Positions 30,391 through 41,305 of a stretch of DNA of 64,000 nucleotides are shown one piece after another. Source of the DNA: an uncultured Phycisphaerales bacterium (GTDB taxonomy: Bacteria; Planctomycetota; Phycisphaerae; Tepidisphaerales; Tepidisphaeraceae); contig CAVWVQ010000003.1 of assembly GCA_963758525.1 (NCBI GenBank), positions 64,001 through 128,000 on the forward strand. The letters are read 5' to 3'. Each line of letters starts with the position of its first letter. The stretch's first letter is position 1. Position numbers and translations under genes: made by a program. The notes below the pieces were generated by a model, which saw only the letters and a list, made by a program, of their open reading frames with translations, did no database searches and was not told the origin of the DNA.

Positions 30391-31338
30391 ATGTACCCCG
30401 ACCTCTTCAAAATCCCCTTCACCAACTTCCCCGTCCACAGCTTCGGCGTCATGCTCGTGCTCGGCTTCATGCTGGCCATGGCGCTGGCGAAGTTTCTGGC
30501 ACGGCGCAGCAACCTGGACCCGGAAATCTTTGCCAACGCGGCGCTGATCGCCCTGCTCTCGGGCGTCGTGGGCGCGCGGCTTTCCCACGTCATCGAAAAC
30601 TGGCATCAGTACACCGACCCGACTCGCTCAGCGTGGGCAAACTTCCGCGAAGCGGTCAACATCACCGAGGGAGGGCTCACCTATTACGGCGGGTTTTTGA
30701 TGGCGACGGTCAGCTGCATCGGCTACGGCCTGTGGAAACGCGTGCCCATCCGCCTGGGAATGGACATCCTCGCACCGTGCATCATGATCGGCCTGGGATT
30801 CGGCCGCATCGGCTGCTTCCTCAACGGCTGCTGCTTTGGCGCTCAGTGCAATCTGCCGTGGGCGGTGGAGTTTCCGTATCACAGCTATGCGTTCATGGAC
30901 GAATACTCAAAGAACCAGCTCAAGACCAACGTGCCGGATGAGGTCCTCGGGCCGCCCAACATCTGGGGCGAGCGGTATCCGCTGCCGGTCGAGCAGGTTG
31001 GGCCGCAGCCCGAGCTGAAATCAAATCCGCTTCATCCGGCGCAGCTCTACAGCACCTTTACGGCATTGCTGCTCGCGGCGCTGCTCTACGCCTATTTCAC
31101 GCTCCCCCACGTTCCGGGGCGCGTCTTCGCGCTGATGATGGGTCTGGAGGGGATTTGCAGATATTTGCTGGAGCTGGTGCGCGATGAGCCGCGCGACTAT
31201 CTCAATCACACGGCAAGCCTGGGAATGGTGCAGGGCATTCTGATCTGTACCGGAGGATTGGCGTTGTGGGCGATTTTCGGGGCGATGCATCCAAGAAAGC
31301 CAGTCGCGCAACGAACTGGACCACCACTCACGACGTAG
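30391..31338 (+). CDS. lgt: Prolipoprotein diacylglyceryl transferase
   Basis: HSFGVM, GARL.HV, GGLTYYGG, GRIGCFLNGCCFG, HPAQLY. Confidence 0.95.
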   Translation: MYPDLFKIPFTNFPVHSFGVMLVLGFMLAMALAKFLARRSNLDPEIFANAALIALLSGVVGARLSHVIENWHQYTDPTRSAWANFREAVNITEGGLTYYGGFLMATVSCIGYGLWKRVPIRLGMDILAPCIMIGLGFGRIGCFLNGCCFGAQCNLPWAVEFPYHSYAFMDEYSKNQLKTNVPDEVLGPPNIWGERYPLPVEQVGPQPELKSNPLHPAQLYSTFTALLLAALLYAYFTLPHVPGRVFALMMGLEGICRYLLELVRDEPRDYLNHTASLGMVQGILICTGGLALWAIFGAMHPRKPVAQRTGPPLTT

Positions 31339-31389
31339 TGGCCCAGGCCAAAGGGGTTATGCGCCACAATATAGATGACGGCTCATTGT

Positions 31390-31437
31390 TGCGTTGATGT
31401 TTCGAAATTGACATCAACGCACCACTGAATATACATT
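31390..31437 (+). promoter_or_regulatory. vapBC promoter with overlapping inverted-repeat operator
   Basis: TTGACA (31408)-18 nt-TACATT (31432); TGCGTTGATGT-N10-ACATCAACGCA palindrome overlaps the -35. Confidence 0.65.
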
Positions 31438-31444
31438 CCCCTAC

Positions 31445-31693
31445 ATGCGCACCACCCTCACACTGGACGACGACGTAGCTGTGATGCTGGAACAGGCGAG
31501 GGTGAAATCAGCTGGGAATTTCAAGCAGTTGGTTAACGACTTGCTTCGAGCGGGGCTTCAACAAGCCTTGGAGCCGAAGGTGCCGGCTGTGCCGTACCGA
31601 ACACCATCGAGTGATGCCGGGAAATGTTTGATAGGCTCGATTGCTGACATCGAGCATGTGTTAACGGAGCTGGAAGGACCAATGCGTCGATGA
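31445..31693 (+). CDS. vapB: VapB-type antitoxin (RHH)
   Basis: MRTTLTLDDDV...FKQLVNDLLRAGL. Confidence 0.85.
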   Translation: MRTTLTLDDDVAVMLEQARVKSAGNFKQLVNDLLRAGLQQALEPKVPAVPYRTPSSDAGKCLIGSIADIEHVLTELEGPMRR

Positions 31694-32121
31694 TTCTGGT
31701 CGATGCGAACCTGCTTCTATACGCGCGCATTTCGTCGTTTGCCGAGCACGAACGGACCAGATTCTGGCTTGACGGCCAATTGAACGGTCCCACACCTGTG
31801 GGTATACCGTGGCCATGTCTGACCGCATTTTTGCGGATCGCAATTAACCCTCGAGTATTTACCCGCCCGCTCGCCATAGACGAAGCTTGGAAACAGGTAC
31901 AGGAATGGCTGGCGTGCGGTCCGGTTTGGACGCCCGCTCCGACGGAGGCGCACGCGAGGGTCCTGGGCAAGCTCCTCGGAAGCACGGCCATGACGCCCAA
32001 CCTCATCGGTGACGCGCATCTGGCTGCACTGGCAATGGAACACGGACTCGCGCTCTGTTCGGCCGATGGCGATTTCGCCCGGTTCGACGATCTGCGATGG
32101 ATAAACCCGCTGGCCGATTGA
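31690..32121 (+). CDS. vapC: VapC PIN-domain toxin
   Basis: ILVDANLLLYA, DAHLAALAMEHG, SADGDFARF; ATGA overlap with antitoxin. Confidence 0.92.
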   Translation: MILVDANLLLYARISSFAEHERTRFWLDGQLNGPTPVGIPWPCLTAFLRIAINPRVFTRPLAIDEAWKQVQEWLACGPVWTPAPTEAHARVLGKLLGSTAMTPNLIGDAHLAALAMEHGLALCSADGDFARFDDLRWINPLAD

Positions 32122-32251
32122 GCAGGTCTACCAGCTGTTGCACGACATTTTGGAAGTCAACGGGAACTGCGCACCGGGTGAGCCAGCAGTCCTCCGCCCG
32201 ATCGGTACGGGGACGCCGTGGCTCTTCCAGGTGACGACGCGACAGGCAAGC

Positions 32252-33043
32252 TCACGCGATTCCCAACACATCCGTCATCGCATAGCGGCCCGGCTTGCGC
32301 CCGGCGATCCATTTGGCGGCGCGGAGCGCGCCATGCACGAACGTGTCGCGGTTGGTCGCGACGTGCGTGAGTTCCAGTCGCTCACCCAACGCCGCGAAGT
32401 ACGCGGTGTGCCGCCCCACTTCATCCCCGACACGCAGCGAATGCATCCCGATCTGCCCGGGCTTGCGCGGAACGTCGTCCCCGTGACGATCAAATATCAG
32501 CGCATCCCGCTTTTTGCCGGTGGCTTTGAGAATCGCGTCCGCAATTCCCATCGCAGTTCCGGAAGGGGCGTCTTTCTTGAAGCGATGATGCGCCTCGGTG
32601 ATTTCGATGTCGTACTCCTCGCCGAGCATGCTGGCGACCTGCGCCGCGATGCGGAACAGCACGTTGACCCCGAGGCTCATGTTGGGAGCCTGGAGAATCG
32701 CGATGCGCTCTGCGGCGCGATCGATGGCGGCATGATCCGCCTCCTGCAGGCCGGTGGTCCCGATGACCATCGCGATTTCCCGGTCGCAGCAGGTTTTCAG
32801 CCAGTGGCGCATCGACGAGGGGGAAGTGAAGTCGATGAGCACGTCGGGCGTGGGGCGAAGATCGAATGTGATCGGCACGCCGATCGCTCCCACGCCGGCG
32901 ACTTCGCCGATGTCCTTCGCCAGGTCGGGGTGATCCGGCTTCTCGATCGCACCGGCAATCTGAAAGTTGCCGTCCTGTTTCGAGAGCGCAATCAGTCGAC
33001 TGCCCATGCGCCCCGCGGCGCCGGTGATGGCGATGCTCGTCAT
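32252..33043 (-). CDS. dapB: 4-hydroxy-tetrahydrodipicolinate reductase
   Basis: ITGAAGRMG, IGTTG, APNMSLGVN, EAHHRFKKDAPSGTA. Confidence 0.97.
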   Translation of the reverse strand: MTSIAITGAAGRMGSRLIALSKQDGNFQIAGAIEKPDHPDLAKDIGEVAGVGAIGVPITFDLRPTPDVLIDFTSPSSMRHWLKTCCDREIAMVIGTTGLQEADHAAIDRAAERIAILQAPNMSLGVNVLFRIAAQVASMLGEEYDIEITEAHHRFKKDAPSGTAMGIADAILKATGKKRDALIFDRHGDDVPRKPGQIGMHSLRVGDEVGRHTAYFAALGERLELTHVATNRDTFVHGALRAAKWIAGRKPGRYAMTDVLGIA

Positions 33044-33045
33044 AA

Positions 33046-34521
33046 TCAATACTCCGCGATCGGAACGCTCGACTTGGTCCCCTGAATCTGCCGCCCGCCT
33101 AGCATGCCAGGATTGCCGCCCATCGCGCGCACGATGGCCTCGAGATTGTCCTCCACCGGCACCGGGCGATTCGACAGTCGGCCGTGCGGCTCGACGCGCG
33201 GCGCCAGATCCTGCACGCTCTTCATATCGACTCCGGTGTGATACTTCACGGTGGCGTTGGGATCTTTTAATTCGTGGCCGGTCAGGATGCAGACCACCGT
33301 CTCCGCAGGCGAAACCACCTGTTCGGCAAGCAGCTTCATCAGACCCGCGACGCTTGCCGCACTGGCCGGCTCGCATCCGAAACCCCACCGCGCAACCATC
33401 GCACGCGCTTCGAGAATTTCCTCGTCGCTTACTTCCCGGACCACGCCATTCATCACCGCCAGCGCCCGCAGCGCCTTGGGCAGATTCACCGGCCGCCCGA
33501 TTTCGATGGCGCTGGCGATGGTGTGCGCTTCGTAATTGCTTTCGTCCATCGCGGCGTAATATTTCTGCACGGTCTCAGTGTCGTATGCATCGTCCTCCCA
33601 GCGTACTTTCTGCTGCTCGAACAAGCGGTAGAGCGTGTTGGCGCCCGAGGCGTTGATCACCGCCAGGCGGGGAATCTTCTTGATCAGGCCAAGTTCCTTC
33701 AGTTCGGCAAACGCCTTGCCGAACGCGGCGCAGTTTCCCAGGTTTCCGCCGGGAACGATGACCCAGTCGGGGCTTTCCCAGCCGCGCGCTTCCAGCACGC
33801 GGTACATGATGCTTTTCTGTCCTTCGAGCCGGAACGGATTGACGCTGTTCATCAGGTAGATGCCCATTTGCGGCACATCGACGGCGATCTGCCGGACGCG
33901 CCGCAGGCAGGCGTCGAAGTCTCCTTGAATCTGCAGGGTTAGCGCACCGTAATCGAGGGCTTGCGAAAGTTTGCCGAAGGAGATTTTCCCGCTGCCGATG
34001 AAGACGACCCCGCGCATCTCCGCGAGGGAGGCAAACATCGCCAGGCTGGCGGACGTGTTGCCGGTCGAAGCGCACGCGACGCGCTTCGCGCCGACCATGC
34101 GGGCGTGGGTGAAGGCGGCGGTCATCCCGTTGTCTTTGAAACTGCCGCTGGGATTGAGCCCTTCATATTGAAGCAGCAGCGAGCCGGCCTTCATGTGGAG
34201 TTGGCGCGCCAGGAGGTCGGCGGTCTGGAGGACGGTGCGGCCCTCGCCGATGGTGACGATGTCGTCCGGCGTGCGATAAAACGGGAGTAATTCGCGGAAT
34301 CGCCAGACGCCCGAGAAGTCGTCACGGCCGTCAGTGCCCGTCCCCTTGGTGCTCCAGCGGTGCTCGAAAAAGCTCAAATCCTTCGGCACCGGCAGCCGCG
34401 ACCAGTCATATTTGATGTCCAGCAGGCTGCCGCACTTCGTGCAGGCGACTTTCGCTTCAGAAACGGAGTAAGTCGTGCCGCATAGCTTGTTGATGCACTG
34501 TTGGTAGGCGACGTCGGTCAT
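33046..34521 (-). CDS. thrC: Threonine synthase
   Basis: [59 protein letters not shown]. Confidence 0.95.
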   Translation of the reverse strand: MTDVAYQQCINKLCGTTYSVSEAKVACTKCGSLLDIKYDWSRLPVPKDLSFFEHRWSTKGTGTDGRDDFSGVWRFRELLPFYRTPDDIVTIGEGRTVLQTADLLARQLHMKAGSLLLQYEGLNPSGSFKDNGMTAAFTHARMVGAKRVACASTGNTSASLAMFASLAEMRGVVFIGSGKISFGKLSQALDYGALTLQIQGDFDACLRRVRQIAVDVPQMGIYLMNSVNPFRLEGQKSIMYRVLEARGWESPDWVIVPGGNLGNCAAFGKAFAELKELGLIKKIPRLAVINASGANTLYRLFEQQKVRWEDDAYDTETVQKYYAAMDESNYEAHTIASAIEIGRPVNLPKALRALAVMNGVVREVSDEEILEARAMVARWGFGCEPASAASVAGLMKLLAEQVVSPAETVVCILTGHELKDPNATVKYHTGVDMKSVQDLAPRVEPHGRLSNRPVPVEDNLEAIVRAMGGNPGMLGGRQIQGTKSSVPIAEY

Positions 34522-34621
34522 GCGTCATGAAGGGTAAACCCGCGCGAGGCAAAGGGGAAGACAAATGCGACAAATGCGAGGCAGACGGGGTGTGGCGCTC
34601 GAAAGTGGCGATCGGCTCCGA

Positions 34622-34884
34622 GTAGGGCGGGATTCATCCCGCCGATTTGTTGGCCGGCTGAGAAAACGGCGGGATGAATCCCGCCCTACGATCGCAAAAT
34701 CTGCAATCGCCACAAATAAAAGTTACACCCAGGCAGACGAATACAAGGCACGCAGGCACGAAGGCACGAAGGCACGAAGGGTAAGGAAGTAAGAGACGGT
34801 CGATGAGTACTCCCTACAAAATCCCCCTTCCTTCCCTTCGTGCCTCCGTGCCTCCGTGCCTTCGTGCCTTTCCCCTTCCGTGCC
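34622..34884. repeat. REP inverted pair (34622-34689) followed by GGCACGAA inverted arrays (34746-34884)
   Basis: Direct reading. Confidence 0.85.
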
Positions 34885-35158
34885 TTTCCCCGTCTTCCCT
34901 CAGGGCCTTCCTGCCGTTCCTGCCCTCCCCTTGCAAATTGCAATTCTCCCCTTCGATCTGCAAGCTTTTCGGGATTGGCGGCCGGTGCAGCTGCCTGTTG
35001 ATTGCGCAGAATTTTCTTGCGATTCTGATGAGACCGCCTACACTCCGCGGCGAGCCGTTCGAAACCAACCTGATGGCTCGCTGGATCCCCATCGCGGGAT
35101 CTCCCATTCCAACCGCCGCTCATCTCGGTCTATCAGACTTCCCGGTAAGGACTGCGCT

Positions 35159-36055
35159 ATGAAAACCAAGGAAAAGGAAAAGAAGAAGGATAAAAACGGC
35201 TCGGCGAACGGCAATGGCAACGGGCATGGCGAACCAATTGCGATTCACCACGGGGATCTGCGGGCCGAACGGCACGACATCAGAAACAAGATCTATCTGA
35301 AGGAGCTGGCCCGTTTGCAGATCGAGCTGGTCAAGCTTCAGCAATGGATCAAGGCCAAGGGATTGAAGGTCGTCGTGATTTTCGAGGGGCGGGATGCAGC
35401 CGGCAAGGGAGGCGTCATCAAGCGAATCACCGAGAGCCTGAACCCCCGCATCTGCCGGGTGGTGGCCTTGGGAAGCCCCAGCGAGCGCGACAAGACAAGC
35501 TGGTACTTCCAGCGCTATGTACCGCATCTTCCTGCCGGCGGCGAAATGGTGCTGTTCGACCGCAGTTGGTACAACCGCGCCGGCGTCGAGCACGTCATGG
35601 GATTCTGCACCCCGGCGGACTACGACGAATTCCTGCGAAGCTGTCCTGAGTTTGAGAATATGCTCATTCGTTCAGGCATCATCCTGATCAAATACTGGTT
35701 CTCCGTCAGCGACGCAGTGCAGGAGGAACGTTTTCAGGGCCGGCTCAACGACGTCACCCGAAGCTGGAAACTGAGCCCGATGGACATCGAATCGCGGTCG
35801 AAGTGGGTCGAATATTCACACGCCAAGGATGCAATGTTCAAGCACACCGACACGAAGCAGGCCCCTTGGCGCGTGGTGCGCGCCGACAACAAGAAGGCGG
35901 CCCGCCTCAACTGCATTCGGCATCTGCTGAGCATGATTCCGTATCAGGATCTGACCCCTGAAGCGCCGCCGGAATTGCCGCCCCGTCCGCAAATGCCGCC
36001 GGATTACGTGCGTCCCCCGCTGGAAGATCAGACGTTTGTGCCTCACCACTATTGA
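35159..36055 (+). CDS. ppk2: Polyphosphate kinase 2
   Basis: FEGRDAAGKGGVIK, WYFQRY, FDRSWYNRAGVE, WKLSPMD. Confidence 0.96.
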   Translation: MKTKEKEKKKDKNGSANGNGNGHGEPIAIHHGDLRAERHDIRNKIYLKELARLQIELVKLQQWIKAKGLKVVVIFEGRDAAGKGGVIKRITESLNPRICRVVALGSPSERDKTSWYFQRYVPHLPAGGEMVLFDRSWYNRAGVEHVMGFCTPADYDEFLRSCPEFENMLIRSGIILIKYWFSVSDAVQEERFQGRLNDVTRSWKLSPMDIESRSKWVEYSHAKDAMFKHTDTKQAPWRVVRADNKKAARLNCIRHLLSMIPYQDLTPEAPPELPPRPQMPPDYVRPPLEDQTFVPHHY

Positions 36056-36062
36056 TTTAATT

Positions 36063-36710
<648 letters not shown>

Positions 36711-36750
36711 TTGTTCTGTGATCTGCAGGAATCCTCGGCGTCCGCGCAAC

Positions 36751-37080
36751 TCATTTCTTTCTGATTCTGGTGCGCCAGAGGAAATCGTCTCGTTTGTTCT
36801 TCCATCGGAGAACCTGGAATCCCCCCACGCAGGAAAACACGAAGCCGAGCAGTCCGCCGAGACTGCAAATCAGTGCGGCGATGTTTTCTGGCAAACCGTA
36901 CCTCATCCCAACGGTCCGGGAGATGGTGGCTGCCAACCCTTCACGCACGTCTGACGCGTTGTACAGGACCAGCAGACCCCCAACGCAGGTTGCCAGCCAC
37001 CAACGCGGCATCGCAGGCGCGGGTTCCGATTGATAATTCAGGATCTGCGGATCGCCGTCCGATGGAGGGTTCTGGGGCAT
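36751..37080 (-). CDS. Small 2-TM membrane protein with N-terminal ILNY motif
   Basis: PQILNYQSEP then two hydrophobic segments; TAAAGT 6 nt upstream. Confidence 0.55.
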   Translation of the reverse strand: MPQNPPSDGDPQILNYQSEPAPAMPRWWLATCVGGLLVLYNASDVREGLAATISRTVGMRYGLPENIAALICSLGGLLGFVFSCVGGFQVLRWKNKRDDFLWRTRIRKK

Positions 37081-37383
37081 CCATGAACTTTAGCATGACG
37101 TCGCTACTAATCCTGCGGCCGCTGCTTGGTCGATCACGGACGGACTTGCCAGTGAACACCGCCGCCGGCAGCGTTACGGTTCAATCTACCTGGATTGACC
37201 AGGGGCAAAGCTATGCGCAACCGGCACTGCTGCACACGATAAGACGCCGTGTCCGGTTATACCGGAGACGTTGCATAACGAAGAGGACTTTATCCAGCGT
37301 GCGGAAAAACCGTGAGCAAGCCGGATCGATTCAACGCACGCTGGATAAAGTCCTCTTCGTTAGCCGACACAGGGACGCCGATC

Positions 37384-37686
37384 GTGAAATTGTACATTCT
37401 CATTCGCGAGTCGGTGCCGATCGGATTTGCCGTGCTTGGTGCGGCGCATGCGTCGCTCGCGTGTTACCTGAAGTTTCGCGACGCGCCCAAGGTGGCGACT
37501 TGGCTTTCGGGTCCGTTCTACAAAGTCGTCTTCAAAGTCACCGATGAGGAGTTCGAGAAGGCGAAGGCTTTCGAGGACCACGTCGTCCTTACCGAGTCCG
37601 CGATGTCCGCGCAGGAGGTCGCGATCGCGTTCAAGCCGCGCGAGGAATGGCCCAAAGCCTTCAAGTTCTACCGGCTGTTCCCGTAG
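37384..37686 (+). CDS. PTH2-like (peptidyl-tRNA hydrolase II fold) cassette protein
   Basis: KLYILIRESVPIGFAVLGAAHASLA...WL...FYKVV. Confidence 0.65.
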   Translation: MKLYILIRESVPIGFAVLGAAHASLACYLKFRDAPKVATWLSGPFYKVVFKVTDEEFEKAKAFEDHVVLTESAMSAQEVAIAFKPREEWPKAFKFYRLFP

Positions 37687-37690
37687 TGTC

Positions 37691-37786
37691 GGCTAACCCA
37701 ACACTGCACTGGACCGGGGCCTCGATGGTGCTTACGATTCGAACGCTGGTCGTCGGCCCCGGCCAGTGAATGTTGGTACGTTATTG
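37691..37786 (+). other. attC-like site
   Basis: GGCTAAC..CCAACACTGCACTGG-A-CCGGGGCC...GGCCCCGGCCAGTGAATGTTGG..CGTTAT: imperfect palindrome with bulged bases, right after a stop codon. Confidence 0.8.
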
Positions 37787-37801
37787 CCGCCACGAGATCG
37801 C

Positions 37802-38347
37802 TTGATTGACCCCTACCCTAAATACCAGTTCTTCCCTAGCACCTCGCCCCCGCCGGTCTTTGCGTCCCGCATTGCAGAAGTGTTCGCGAAAAATCGAGCT
37901 TCAATCGATACCGTCGCTTTGAAGAAGGGGCTTACGAGCAATGAAGTGCTCGCGAAGCTTCGCCCTGATCTCGTCGATCTCGGGTTCGCCGTCGAGGCAA
38001 GCAAACTCGACGCGGACAAGCTTCAGCGTCCGGTTTATTTCGGCTTACAAGGTGACCCAACGCTGCGATATCAGATTGACGCTTACCAATCGGAGTGGCG
38101 GTGTGGCTTAGAAATTGAGGCCGGAAGGGCTTGGATGGGTAACGCTGTGTACCGCGACTTGATCCAAGCAATGGTGATGGTGGATGTTGATGTGCTGGCG
38201 CTTGCTGTGCCGATCGCTTACAAATTTAACAACTCAGGGAAGCAGACAATCAGCAACGATTTCGAGAATACGCTAGCCGTGGTATCGGCCGTTTATGGGC
38301 ACTCCCGGGTAAAGATTCCCTATGGCCTATTACTGATCGGCTATTGA
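37802..38347 (+). CDS. Putative PD-(D/E)xK / restriction-endonuclease-like cassette protein
   Basis: YQIDAY...LEIEAGRA...RDL motif arrangement; no methyltransferase nearby. Confidence 0.55.
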   Translation: MIDPYPKYQFFPSTSPPPVFASRIAEVFAKNRASIDTVALKKGLTSNEVLAKLRPDLVDLGFAVEASKLDADKLQRPVYFGLQGDPTLRYQIDAYQSEWRCGLEIEAGRAWMGNAVYRDLIQAMVMVDVDVLALAVPIAYKFNNSGKQTISNDFENTLAVVSAVYGHSRVKIPYGLLLIGY

Positions 38348-38472
38348 GATCGGGCATAACCAGACTGTGGACGGCCCGCGTCGCGGCTGTACACTCTTCT
38401 AGACCTTGGCCCGCTTCGCGCCTCGCGTCGCCGGCTACAGGGCGTCATCCGTTCCCCGCAGGAGCGTTCCCC

Positions 38473-38907
38473 GTGACCCCCGCCAAATCGGATACCGAAC
38501 TGCGCCGTCGATTCAACGTTCCACTCGACCGCCTTACCGCGCGCCAAGGCATCGACGCGATGCTGGCCTTTTACGCCGATCAACGCGCTGACGGCGTCCA
38601 TGTGGACGAAGATGGCGACATGCTTCTATTCCAATGGGGCGTGTACAGCTTCTCCGGACCGCCGACCTTTCAGCTCAATCTTACTCGTCAATTTATCTTG
38701 CCGGACGAGGACGAGCCGTACCAGCTTTCGCTGACCTTTCATCATGCGCCTTCTGATCAAATGAAAGCGTTGAAGTCAGGAAATCGCTGGTGTCATTCGA
38801 CCGATGGTCTGCCGGAGTTCAGGACTTTCATTGACAGTTCGGCAGCAGTCGCAGTAGCACTTGGTTTAAAGCCGATCAGAGTGGATCTCACCTTCAGCCC
38901 GTGTTGA
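38473..38907 (+). CDS. Hypothetical cassette protein
   Basis: AGGAG RBS then GTG; DGDMLLFQWG...LTRQF motif. Confidence 0.65.
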   Translation: MTPAKSDTELRRRFNVPLDRLTARQGIDAMLAFYADQRADGVHVDEDGDMLLFQWGVYSFSGPPTFQLNLTRQFILPDEDEPYQLSLTFHHAPSDQMKALKSGNRWCHSTDGLPEFRTFIDSSAAVAVALGLKPIRVDLTFSPC

Positions 38908-39159
38908 AATCATCTACGATCGGGCCTGCGGGAGTATCTGTCTTGCCCAAATAACGCACGGAGCAAGCCGGTTCTGGCGTTCAGACGACGCGGGAGCGGG
39001 AATACCCACGTTTCTCTTGGGGCTCTTTTGTATCAGTGTTTCGGCTCGGTGGCTGTGGAAGGCGTCCCACGATGGATTCGGCAGATAACCAGCCGATCCC
39101 ACCACGGCGGGTCTTCGACTCTGGACGGGCCCACGTCGCGATTGGTATTTTCATTAGAC

Positions 39160-39809
39160 GTGCCGCTGCAGTTCGAACGCTATCGCGACCAATTTCGCCG
39201 CTGGCCAGCCGAGGGCCGTCACATCCTCGCGCAGTTTGATGCCGAATCGATCGTCATCTATCAGGCATTTCGGCCCGAGATCGCGCAGTATGCCGTCGCT
39301 CACGGCGCGTTCGGGGGGAGGGATTCAGCTATTCCCGAATGAGCTGGATCAAGCCAAACTTCCTTTGGATGATGTATCGCGCGGGCTGGGCGACGAAGCC
39401 AAAGCAAGAAGCGATACTGGCCCTTAGAATTTCGCGGCGATTCTTCGATACGCTGCTCACAGACGCGGTGGCTTCCAGCTACGACTCAACGCGCTTTGAA
39501 AGTCACGGGGAGTGGCAAAAGGCACTTGCTCGGTCGAACGTACGCTTGCAGTGGGACCCGGATCATGATCCGAGCGGCACACCACAGCTGCGACGGGCGA
39601 TTCAACTTGGTCTACGCGGCGAAACCCTTGCACAGTTTGGAAAGCGGGAACTGCTTGAGGTGATCGACCTGACTTCAGTCGTCACCGAACAACGCAGCCG
39701 AGTGGAGGAGGATCAAGCAAACCTCCAAATCCCCGCCGAACGTGCGTATCGGCCCTTGAACGAGAAGGCCGCGGATAACGTGGGGCTGGCGAGTGAGCCT
39801 GCTGAATAA
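39160..39809 (+). CDS. DUF4291 family cassette protein (frameshift in G-run near 39315)
   Basis: ILAQFDAESIVIYQAF, RMSWIKPNFLWMMYRAGWATK, VRLQWDPDH...RRAIQLGL; stop TAA lies within GAATAAC. Confidence 0.85.
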
Positions 39810-39841
39810 CTTCACGCTGCAATGGTCCGGCGGGACACCCA

Positions 39842-41218
39842 CTAAAGCCCAGCAAGCTTCTGATACAGCGCGGCGGCGGTTCTGGTTCCGCAATGCAGGG
39901 CATCCAAATCGAACTTTTCGTTCGGCGAATGGACGCGATCATCCGGCAGACCGAAGCCGACGAGCAGGGTGTCGATGTTCAGTTCTTTTTTGAACAGCGC
40001 GACGACGGGGATGCTGCCGCCCTCGCGGATCAAGGTGGGAGCTTTGCCGAAGCCGATTTCCACGGACTCGGCGGCGAGCTGCATGGCTTTGCCCTCGCGG
40101 GGAACCAGGACGGGCCCGGCTAATCCGTGCCGGGCGAATTCGATTGTTACGTTTTTGGGGCAGCGATCTCTCAGAGCCTTCTCATAGGCGGTGACGATCT
40201 CCATCGGGTCCTGATCTGGGACGAGCCGCATGGAGACTTTGGCGGACGCGACGGAGGGGATGATGGTCTTGGCTCCGTGGCCCTGGTAGCCGCTGGTCAG
40301 GCCGTTGATGTCGCAAGTGGGACGTGCCCAGCGGCGTTCGAGCGTGGAGTACCCGGCTTCGCCGGAGGCGCTGGTCAGGGCGAGGTGCTTGAGCATTTCC
40401 TTTTCATCGAAGGGCAGTTTTTGCCAGGCGGTGCGCTCTTCCTCGGCCAGCGGGCGGACGTGCTCATAGAAGCCGGGGATGTTGACGGTGCCGTCGGGGT
40501 TGTGAAGGGTGGCGAGCAGTTCGCAGAGCACGTTGGCGGGATTCGGGACGGCTCCGCCGTACATTCCGCTGTGGAGATCGTGATCGGGGCCGGTGAGGAA
40601 GACTTCGGTATAGACCAGCCCGCGCAGGCCGTAGGTGATGGCGGGGACGCCGCGGGCGAATTGGCCGGTATCGCAGACAAGCACGATGTCGGCGGCAAGC
40701 TCGGCGCGATTGGCGGCGACGAATCGTTCGAGGTTTTCGCTGCCGATTTCCTCTTCGCCTTCGATGAGCATCGTGAGATTGACGGGAAGGCCGCCGGACT
40801 CCTGCCAGACGGAGATGGCTTCCACGTTCGCCCAGACCTGCCCTTTGTCGTCAACCGCGCCGCGGGCATAGACCGCGCCATTGCGAACGGCCGGCTCGAA
40901 AGGGGGCGACGTCCACTTGTCCAACGGCTCGGGAGGCTGGACATCGTAATGGCCGTAGAAGAGGACTGTCGGGCGGCCGGCGCGATGCTCGTTTTTTGCC
41001 AGGACGATTGGGTGTCCACCCGTGGGGCGGACTTCGGCTTTCAGCTTTGCGGAACGAAGACGCTCCACGAGCCAGTTGGCGCAGCGCTGCATCTGCGGGG
41101 CGTGATCGGGTTTGGTGCTGACGCTGGGGATTTTCAGGAATTCGATCAGGCCCCCCAGGGTCTGGTCGCGGCGGTCGTCGATCGACTTCAGGATGGATTC
41201 AAGTTTGTCGTCGGGCAT
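39842..41218 (-). CDS. M20 family dipeptidase
   Basis: YGHYDVQP, RGAVDDKGQ, EGEEEIGS, DLHSG.YGG, GGSIP, HSPNEKF. Confidence 0.93.
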   Translation of the reverse strand: MPDDKLESILKSIDDRRDQTLGGLIEFLKIPSVSTKPDHAPQMQRCANWLVERLRSAKLKAEVRPTGGHPIVLAKNEHRAGRPTVLFYGHYDVQPPEPLDKWTSPPFEPAVRNGAVYARGAVDDKGQVWANVEAISVWQESGGLPVNLTMLIEGEEEIGSENLERFVAANRAELAADIVLVCDTGQFARGVPAITYGLRGLVYTEVFLTGPDHDLHSGMYGGAVPNPANVLCELLATLHNPDGTVNIPGFYEHVRPLAEEERTAWQKLPFDEKEMLKHLALTSASGEAGYSTLERRWARPTCDINGLTSGYQGHGAKTIIPSVASAKVSMRLVPDQDPMEIVTAYEKALRDRCPKNVTIEFARHGLAGPVLVPREGKAMQLAAESVEIGFGKAPTLIREGGSIPVVALFKKELNIDTLLVGFGLPDDRVHSPNEKFDLDALHCGTRTAAALYQKLAGL

Positions 41219-41305
41219 TTCGGCTTATCCTCAATAACGACTCTGGGTCTCGAATACGCGCTGCGCTTCGTGTCGCGGCTAACCTTTGGATACGCGGCTG
41301 TGTGT

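Larger units (their letters stand above)
37273..39835 (+). mobile_element. Integron-like gene cassette array lacking integrase (CALIN)
   Basis: Four short co-oriented, unrelated, more AT-rich ORFs separated by ..TAAC...GTT.. hairpins at 37273-37365, 37691-37786, 38354-38457, 39083-39159 and a half-site at 39804. Confidence 0.72.
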
